A DNA stretch of 51,054 nucleotides, filler included, from Jimgerdemannia flammicorona (Eukaryota), in the NCBI GenBank assembly GCA_003990765.1. It is 2 parts of 2 records of this genome, joined end to end, with 100 filler letters (N's around TTAATTAATTAA, not from the genome) between each part and the next. Parts side by side here need not be neighbours in the genome. Positions count along the whole stretch, not along the records: positions 25,579 to 51,054 come from RBNJ01000827.1; 1 more part is not named here. One strand, given 5' to 3'. This document shows, in pieces, positions 42,290 to 51,054 of the stretch. Every line of letters starts with the position of its first letter. Position 1 is the stretch's first letter. A program made the translations under genes and the position numbers. The notes beneath the pieces were generated by a model that saw only the letters and a list, made by a program, of their open reading frames with translations, did no database searches and had not been told where the DNA came from.

Positions 42290-45288
42290 GTGGACTGCTG
42301 GGGTTTGAATGTTTAGAAGTCACTGAAGGCCAAGTGGTGTCTGTGGTCTAATCATTAGGGGCTATTGAGACAGTGTCATTTTGGGAGGAGTGGGGATAGA
42401 TCTGGATATTAGTACCTCAATTCCTCTTTGTTAGCTGAGAAGGTATTGTGAGATAAGTGGGCTGAGGATATTTAGCAAAGAGTAGAGGATTGAGTATGAG
42501 AGGGTGCCCCAGTTGGTGTCTAATAGGTATGGTTGAAGGAGGCTGCTAGGGTTTATTAGAGAGAAACTAGCAAGGTAGCAGAAAGGTAAAGAAGGAGGAG
42601 AGTGTCCCAGGCTTCTGCTAGATTGGCTAGGCTTTTGGAAAATTGGGCAGATCTTTTGGCCCTAAAGGGGGTGGAGAACTAGAGGTTGATGCTGACTAAG
42701 CTGAAGGTTGCAGAGTTATAGCAGGTGTTAAGAGAGGAGGAGGAGATACAGGTGCAGAGTTTGGCAGTATAATTATGCTGGCAGGGGCTGGAGGAGGGGA
42801 AGAGGTCCTCTAAGTACCTTTCAAAGATCCTTCAGGCCAGGAGAGTGAGACAGAGATGGGAGGGGATACTGGATTCTGATGGCCTACTTGTGCATAGTCT
42901 ATAAGATATTCTAGGATTGTTAAAGGAGAGGTGGAGTGGTTTGTGGAGTGAGTATTAATAAAAGAAGGAGTCTGAGTAACTATAAAAATGGTTTGTAAAG
43001 TGAGGAGGATGATGGGGCTGATGCAGCTACCATTGAACATACTTTGGAGGATTAGCACCTACTACAAGTAGATGGGCTGAACAGTTTGATGGTACTAGTA
43101 TAGGAGGAGGAAATTTGCCAGGTTCTTGCTATAACTATATTGAGCATGATACCAGGAGAGGATGGTCTGCCCTGGGACTTCTGGAAGAAGATAGTTGGAG
43201 TTTCTGGAGTGCTGAGAGAGATGATGGTGCTTTGTAACTTAGTATTACAGTCAGGGAGGTGGGTGGGTGAGCAAGATCTGAGGCTGGTGGTACTGCTTTA
43301 TAAGGACAAGAGCAGGAGGGAGGACTAGAAGAACTGGAGGCCTATCATACTCCTAGATATGGATAGAATGTTGGTCACCAAGATAGTAGTGATGAGACTG
43401 CAGAAGATGGCCCAGCAAGTCTTAAGTGAGGAGCAGTGAGGTTTTATAGGGGGCTGACTTATTAGAGATAGCACAGCTTGGGTGTACAATATCATTGAAG
43501 GAGCTCAAGTCTGTAGACTAGATGGGAGATTGGTCTTCTTGAACCAGAAGAAGGCATATAATCATATTCAGCAAGTCTGGTTGATAAAGGTTCTAGATAG
43601 AATTGGTGTCTCTTAGTAGTTCTAAGTGATAATGATCAACCTACTAGATGGGAGTAGAGCAGTGCTCATATATAATGGACATTGAGGGGTAGCATTTCCT
43701 CTGGATAGGGATGTTCTCTAGAGGGATCCACTGTCTCCTATTTTGTATGCTCTATCCTTGGAGCCATTGATAGGATTTGGTAGGAGATAGTAAGGCTTTC
43801 AGTATTTGACATTGTGTGAAAAGTTGGGGCCTTTGTAGATAATATAGTAGTTAGTCTGAGATCAGTTGCTGATATTGAAGAACTCTAGAAAATAGCAAAG
43901 TGGTATGAGGCATACTCTGAGGCTAAAATCAACTAGTACAAGTGTGAAATGATAGTTCTGGACAATGACCTGATAGAAGAGAATGTTATTGGAACAATTG
44001 TTTCTACTGGAGAGGCTGTGAGGTACTTGGGCATCTATCTCTTAGTATATGGATCAGTCCTACTAAGACCTTGGTGGAAGCAGTGGGTGGCTATCTGGGG
44101 GGAGATCCTGAGGAGTTGGGGAGGACACCATATGTCTTTGATAGGGCATGTTGCAATTTTGAATATCTACTAGCTACCAAAGCTATAGTATTTGGTATAT
44201 TATCTAGACTTTCCTGTCTGAATAGTGAAGAGGCTGTTGAAGCTGACCAAAGATTGGATCTGGGCTGGGAGGAGAAGTCAGATTAGTTGGGAAATCTTGT
44301 CATTGCTGGTAGCTAGAGGAGGTCTTAGGCTGGTTGAATTTCTAAAGAGACTGCATTGTCTGAGAGCATGGTGGCTGAAGAGAGCTATGGAACTGAGGGA
44401 TAGTAGCTGGGTTTCTCTAATAAAGAAGGTCTGAGAGATGAGGTTCTTATCAAGAGGCTCTATGAGAGATCTACTGTTCTTGGTTGGGCTTTAGAATAGT
44501 GAGTATATGTAGTATAAGAGCTTCTGGTAGGAAGTAGTCAATGGGGTACACTACATCGATATTTGCTGGCAGAGGGCTGAAGGAGAGATGCTTTGGGGTC
44601 TGGTGATGTAGAGATGAGATCAAGTATTATTAGGGGGTACTCTCCTAATTGACTTCAATATTGGTGATAGTATCAAGTCTCAGAGAGAATTGGAACAGGA
44701 TGTTTGGCCTAGTGGTTGGCAGATGGTGGGTATTGGAGAAGAGTGGGACTGGAATGGGGTCTGGGCCTAGAGTGCAGAGATATAGTATTGACTGCCACCT
44801 AAGTACTAGGTAGTTTGGTGGTACATATTAAAGAGGAATGTCATGCTTAACTTTCACTCAGACCACCTGGTAGAGGAGAGTAACTTTGACTATAAGAAGT
44901 ATTACAATGTAGAACAGGAAGGGGGGTTTGTGCAGACACCAGAACATTAGCTAGGAGAGAGTAAGGTACTTAGTGACTTTTGGTTAGTAGTTAAGAATTG
45001 ATTAGATGTTGTGAGAAGGGGGGATGGTGAGAGGGAGTGGTGGAAGGATCTGAGAGATAGATTGGTGAAGGAGGTTGAAAAGGAGTGGCTCACTATAGAT
45101 TGAGTTTTGGTGGTATGAGTAGGGCTGGCAGGACACTAGTTGTTTGTTTTTGAGAAAGAGAGGTATTTGGGATTGGGGGAGTAGCTGTTATAGTAAGAAG
45201 GGTTGATAGAGGATGTCTTGACAGACTGGTGGCTGAGATGGAGTCTGCAGAGTAGTCAGAGACATTGTCTGATAGAGAAAATTTATAG
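42290..45288 (+). mobile_element. LINE-E: 5'-truncated degenerate element (APE end, RT, C-terminus), interrupted near its 3' end by LINE-F
   Basis: WCLWSNH, IPGEDGLPWDFWKK, FLNQKKAY, DPLSPILYALSLEP, AFVDN; last bases gatagagaaaatttatag match the LINE-B 3' region. Confidence 0.85.
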
Positions 45289-45462
45289 CATCTCTCTCTG
45301 CTACAATTCATGTTACACACACTTTACAACATACTTTCGAATTGTTTATTGGAGAAAGATATTAAGGAGATGTCAACCAGTAAGCGAGCTGATGCACATC
45401 CTAGGTCAGGTGGACCTGGGGCCTTCAACTAGCAGTATGTTAGGAGAGGGTATGGACTGGGG

Positions 45463-47403
45463 ATGGGGTCTTTTGGTGGATCGAGTGGACTGGGCAGCTC
45501 GGGGGGTGGAGGAGGCACTGGTGGGGGGGCTGGAGGGCAGCAGGGAGGGAGCTTTGTGGATGCACTTAAGGCTGGGGGTTGGCCGAGGGGTGCTCGCAGT
45601 GGACAGGCAGGAGGAAAGGGGAAGCAGAAGGTTGGTGATGCTGGAGGAGCTGGGCCTTCGCTGGTGGGAGGTAGAGGGAGTGGAGTAGTGGCTGGGGGTA
45701 GTGGCGGGACTGCTGATGGTAGTGTGACAGTCAATCAGGAAAAAAAAAGAGATGTGATGGCTGATGGCCAGGGGGGGCAGGGGCTCCCAATGTGAAAGGG
45801 GGACCTGGCTGATAGTATAATGAGACTGGCGGTGGCCCCATTGCTCAAGAAGTCAATCTCGGAGTTTGCAGCTATCTTGTGCTTCCGGGGCTTGGTGGTG
45901 ATGGCGAGGATGGTCCTGGGGCTTATCTCAAGGCAGGTGACTGGTGCAGCCTCAGTGAAGTTCTTGAAGGGCATGGAGGGAGTTGAGGTGGGCTTTGAGG
46001 AGGCAGGCCTACTGGACGAGGCCATGAAGACAGGAGTGGTGGTTGGAGAGGTGGTGGTCCCCATGGTAAGGTGCTTGAGGTGGGACCCTAGGGTGGTGCA
46101 GCTTCTGGTGAGAGAGGTGCCCATGGTGACTAAGGAGGAGACTAGGAGGAGAGTGGAGGAGGTGATGGTAGAGTATGGAGATGTGGTGGACATTGGATTT
46201 CAGTTGTGGGAGGGGACAACTATCAGGATGGGCGACGTCGATATCAGGATTCGGTTGGCAGGGAAGGAGGCCACAGGGAAGACGAGTGATTGGCCCTTAG
46301 TGCTGATGTGGGGGGCCATCATCTGTAAGGTGTTGAGGGTGAAGGGGAGTGAAGAGGAGGAGGAGGACTTGTTGGAGGTGCTGGAGGAGTTGGGTGATAC
46401 AGTGGAGAGGAGGGCAAAGGCCTGGAAACTGTATGAGGAATCGATGCATCTGGAGGTTGTGGGTGGGAGGCATATCCATATAGATAAGAAGCAGTGGGAG
46501 TGGGTCCAGGGATGCAAGAGGCAGAAGGAGCTATTGGCGGGTATGACAGATAGGGAGAAGACGAAGTCAGATGGAGCTGAGGAGTCTGGAGGCGCTGAGG
46601 CCAGTGTCTGGGCTGGTAAAGGAGGAGAGGAGGTAGAGGTAAAGGAGGCAGGGGCTGGGAAGGGGCTGGACAAGGACCCATTCGCTGATGGTACCTTTGA
46701 AGTGTGGGAGCTGGAGTTGGATACCACCCCCCCCCCACTTATCAGGAGGGGCCCAGTGGGGAAGAGAGGGAGGACGGAGGATACACAGATGCAAGGGGCC
46801 CAGCAGGTGCGCTTTGGGGTCTCTGATGTGGCTCAAGGGGGTCAGGTGGTGGCAATTGGTGAGGATGAGCTGGCGGATGTCCCTGATACGGAGTGGGATG
46901 AGGCTGCTAGTGTAGGAGCTGACACCACGATGTTGGATGCAGGGCAACTGGGGACTCTGGGAGGGAAGGAGGTGGGGAACTTGTTGTGGGTACACAAGGT
47001 GATGGATAACCTCACAGCTGAAGTATTGGGGGAGGTAGACCTGCAGGCGATGCCTGAGGAGCATTGGGCAAAGATCCTGCGTGGGGATGGAATAGTGGAG
47101 GCACTGAAGGTGGAGATCCTGGTGATTTTAATGGAGGAGGAGGGATATGAGGTTGACGAGGTGAGGAAGGTGGAGCTGGGGGTGGTCGCTGCTGAGTGGG
47201 CAGACTACTGTTGGGCAGAGCATTGGGGTCTGCAGCTCTGGCTGGAGGCCTGTCTGGAGTATTGTGAGGATTTTGAGGAGCGTGAGGATGGGGCAATGGT
47301 AGAACTTCTGGGAGAGTTGGAGGTATGGGAAGCTGGGGAGAGGGAACTGGCTGCTGAACTTAACTTGGACTTGGCGCAGGAGAGGCAGGATGCCGACTTA
47401 TAG
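45463..47403 (+). pseudogene. LINE-F ORF1 (~646 codons, single in-frame TGA at 45793-45795)
   Basis: ORFs 45463-45795 and 45820-47403 are in frame; Gly-rich N-terminus, SFVDALK, RRM-like core, acidic C-terminus. Confidence 0.85.
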
Positions 47404-47435
47404 AGGATGGGCTCTGAGATATATCATTATTCCTT

Positions 47436-50400
47436 ATGAACAGTACAACCAACATTTTTTCCTTGAATGTGAATGGCCTAAGGGGATCTGGGCAGTATAG
47501 GAACATTTTTATTTAGCTTAAGAGATTGGAGGCTGATCTCTTTTTATTGCAGGATGTTCGATGTGAGGATGAGGATGATCGAGCAGAGTGGACTAGGGAG
47601 TGGGGGGGGGGCTGCTGCTTGGTTTGGAAAGGTAGTAATTCTGGTGAGGAAGGGCAGAGGAGACTTTTGGGGAATTGGGAGCTGGGGTGATCACTTGGTC
47701 TGGGGGGATTGGCATTGGCCAGGGTGGGAATTGGTGAAGGTGGACTCTTGCTACTGCTCTGTGACTAGGGGTGAGAGGATTGCATGGATTAGGGAATTGC
47801 TGGAGGAGGGTATTCTATTGGAGGAAGGGGTCGATGTACTCAGTGGGGACTTTAATATGGTTCGGGATCAGCGTCTGGACAGAACTGATGGAGGGAGGAG
47901 TGCCAGAGGTAGAAGTGGAGGTCTGGATGCATGGGAGGAGGTGGAGACATTGAGCTCCTTGGGGGATATGAGCAGAACGAGGTGGGGTGACACCAGGGTT
48001 TACACGCATTGGGTGAATGGCCTGGGCATAAGGATTGACTGGATTCTGACGGCGGAGTGCTGGGGTTCGGATGTTTGGAAGGCATTGGAAGTAGAGTGGT
48101 ACCCATGGTCTGATCACTGGGGACTGTTGGGGCAGGGGCAGTTTGGGGGGAGTGGAGACAGACCTGGACATTAGTGACTTAACTCCTCCCTGCTGGCTGA
48201 GAAGGAGTTGTGGGAACTGTGGGTGGAGGACATTCAGGCAAAAGTTTTTATCTGGAAGCATGAGGGTTTGCCTGTGGCTGTCTGCTGGATGAGGTTGAAA
48301 GAGGTTGCAAGGGTTTATTGGGGAGAGGCTGGTAGAGAGGCTGGGAGGCAGAGAAGGAGACATATGAAGTGTGCTTCCAGCAGGCTGAGGAGACTACAAA
48401 CAGATTGGGCAGATTTGCTCACTGTTGTAAGGGAGGAGGATTGGAGGATAGAGAGGGCAAAATTGGAGATAGTGGAACTACAACAGGTGCTGAGGGAAGA
48501 GGAGGAGACCCATATGCGGGGCATGGCTGCTAGGCTGCAGTGGCAGGGGCTTGAGGAGGGTGAGTGGCCTACTAGGTACTTATCGAGACTTCTCAAAGCT
48601 AGGAGAGTATGGCATAGGTGGGAGGGGATCCTGGATGATGATGGGGGCATGGTTCATGGCACGCAACAAATTCTGGGGGTCTTGAAGGAGAGATGGCAGG
48701 GTTTGTGGAGTGAGGGAGAAGGGGGTGCAGATGAGGCAGAGATTGTGGATACACTAGATGAGTGTGGGCCACTGCAGGTTGCTAGACTGGAGGACTTGAT
48801 CTTACCAGTACAGGGGGAGGAGATCCAGAGTGTCCTGGCAGCAACTAAGCTTGGGATGGCACCAGGGGAGGATGGATTGCCTTGGGACTTCTGGAAGAAG
48901 ATGGTAAATGTCTCCAGAGTGTTGGGTGAGATGCCTGATCTTTGTGACCATGTCCTTTGAAGTGGTGAGTGGGTTGGAGAGCAGGATCTGGGGCTGGTGG
49001 CCTTACTGTACAAAGACAAGGGAAGGAGGGAAGACTGGAAGAACTGGAGGCCGATCATGCTTCTGGATATGGACAGGAAGATGGTGACTAAGGTGATTGT
49101 CACAAGGCTGCAGAAGGTTGCCCAACAGGTGCTGGGGGAAGAGCAGAGGGGCTTTGTTGGGGGTAGGCTAATAAGAGATGAGACTGCATGGGTTCATGGT
49201 GTCATTGAAGGGGCCCGGGCCTGTGGACTAGATGGAAGGTTGGTCTTTCTGGACCAGGAGAAGGCCTACGACTATGTATAGCGGGTGTGGCTGGGAAAGG
49301 TGTTGGACCAAATTGGTGTTCCCCCAACATTTAGGGCCTCTATGTTGAGTCTGCTGGAAAGTAGTCAGGCAGCTCTGATGTGTAATGGTCACCATGGGAG
49401 GGCATTTCCCTTGAGAAGAGGTGTACCTCAGGGGGACCCTCTATCTCCAATTCTCTATGCCCTGTCACTGGAGCCATTGATAGATAGGATTCGCTGGAAG
49501 GTAGCAGGGCTCTCTATATATGGTATAGTGTGGAAGGTGGGGGCCTTTGCTGATGATATGGTGGTTGGACTTGGGTCTGTGGCAGATGTAGAGGCACTTC
49601 AGGAGACTGTGGAATAGTATGAGACTCACTCAGGGGCGAAACTCAACTGGCATAAGTGTGAGACAATGGTGCTAGGGAATGGGCTAGTGGGTGGGGACGT
49701 CATTGGAACAATTGTCCCTACTGGTGAGGTGGTGCAGTATCTGGGCATCTTCCTCTCTGTATATGGTTCTGTCCTGCCATGAGTGTGGTGGGAGGACAGG
49801 GTGAATAGTTGGGGAGAGGCCCTTCGAGGATGGGGAGGCCACCATATCTCTCTAGCAGGGTGAGTATCAATCCTGAATGTATATTGGTTCCCAATGCTGT
49901 AGTATGTGGCATATCACCTCGACTTCCCAGCATGGGTGGTGAAGAAGCTGACGAAGGTGGCTAGGGATTGGATTTGGGTGGGGAGGAGGTCCCTGGTCAG
50001 TTGGGATACTCTCGTGAGACCAGTAGTCAGGGGAGGTCTTGGCCTGGTGGATTTCCCTAAGAGGCTGCACTGCTTGAGAGCCTGGTGGTTGAAGAGAGCT
50101 GTGGAACTGCAGGGTGGAGGTTGGGTGCCTCTGCTGCAGAAGGTATAGGAGATGCGAACATCCCCCTGAGAGTCCTCCAGAGATCTGCTCTCTTTGGTGG
50201 GGCTGAATGGAGTTTGGAGGCTGCAGTTCAAGGGCTTTTGGTGGGAAGTGGCCAATGGAGCACACCGAATTGGCCTGCGATGGCAAGGTGATGAGGGGGA
50301 GGCGGCATGGGGGCCTAATATGTGGCGTTGGGAGAGACTGCTCCTGGGGGGTACTCCACTGGCTGTGTTCAATATTGGGGAGGGAGTGGAGTATCAGCGG

Positions 50401-51054
50401 GGGCTTGGCCAGGACCTTTGGCCAAGTAGCTGGCAGGTGGTTGGAATTGGAGAGGAGTAGGACTGGGCAGACATCTGGTCTTGGAGTGCTGAGGTACAGA
50501 GGTGGCTTCCTCCCAAGTTCTGAGTGGTATGGTGGAGAATGTTGCAGAGGAATATCATGCTGAATTTCCACTTGGGGCATTTAGTAGAGGGTGGACAATT
50601 TGACTGCAAGGAGTGTTATGGTGTTGGGCAGGCTGGGGGTTTCATATAGACGCCGGAACATTGGCTGGGAGAGTGTGAGGTCTTGGGGGAATTTTGGGCT
50701 GAGATAGGGGATAGACTGGGTATAGGGCATTGGTGAGTGGGGGAGGGGGATTGCTGGGAGGACTTAAGATCTCGGCTTGTAGGTGGGGTGGGGGATAGTT
50801 GGCTCACTGTAGGATGGGTGTTAGCAGTATGGGTGGGACTGGCGGGCCATTGGTTTTTTGTATTTGAGGAGGAGCAGTGGTTGGGGCTGTATGAGAAGGT
50901 GTTGAGGTAGGAGGAGCTGGTGGGGGATCTGCTGACTGGATGGTGGGTGGGTTGGGGTCCTCAGGGAGGATGACGTCATGGTTTGGTGATGAAGATCTGT
51001 GAGCAGAGTGGTGGGAGGGTGGGGATAGTGTTTGACAAAGTAGTCTTTCACAGG
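47436..51054 (+). pseudogene. LINE-F ORF2: APE-RT-Cys region with scattered stops
   Basis: IFSLNVNGLR, LLQD, SGDFN, RIDWIL, WSDH, NWRPIMLL, FLDQEKAYD, GVPQGDPLSP, AFADD, GGLGL, CKEC...TPEHWLGEC. Confidence 0.93.

Larger units (their letters stand above)
45289..51054 (+). mobile_element. LINE-F: near full-length, least mutated L1/Tx1-like element; 3' end beyond the window
   Basis: 5' UTR homologous to LINE-B and LINE-C, ORF1 45463-47403, ORF2 from 47436. Confidence 0.93.

Noticed and set aside
42158..42290. A run plus small actcatc/gatgagt inverted repeat at the island's right border
   Set aside because: No TSD, matching terminal repeat or Helitron end found; cannot be assigned to an element.
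46200..49103. Long Ser/Pro-rich antisense ORFs over LINE-F (likewise over LINE-A and B)
   Set aside because: Shadow ORFs caused by the G-rich sense-strand bias.

Overview
Eukaryotic, very probably fungal, repeat-dense DNA: a nest of retroelements heavily mutated by C>T/G>A transitions around one unmutated ~4.4 kb island (~37.8-42.2 kb). The left half is a Ty3/Gypsy LTR element on the minus strand: LTR, tRNA-Pro-like PBS, gag, PR, an unknown insert, dUTPase, RT, RNase H, IN, PPT, LTR. Two full-length L1/Tx1-like LINEs and two copies of a ~1.18 kb polyadenylated non-autonomous element are inserted in it; TSDs are visible for all but the copy truncated by the window edge. It is followed by a chromovirus integrase fragment, the 5' part of a related Gypsy, an assembly gap, four more LINE copies or fragments, and unidentified AT-rich relics. 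The island holds an intact intronless F-box/LRR gene, intron-rich gene remnants including a ricin-B (CBM13)-like fragment, and an isolated canonical type III hammerhead ribozyme (38306-38363, +). The hammerhead is the most striking signal. The dUTPase-carrying Gypsy and the 1.18 kb element family come next. All calls come from manual reading and translation; no searches were run, and boundaries of degenerate elements are approximate.
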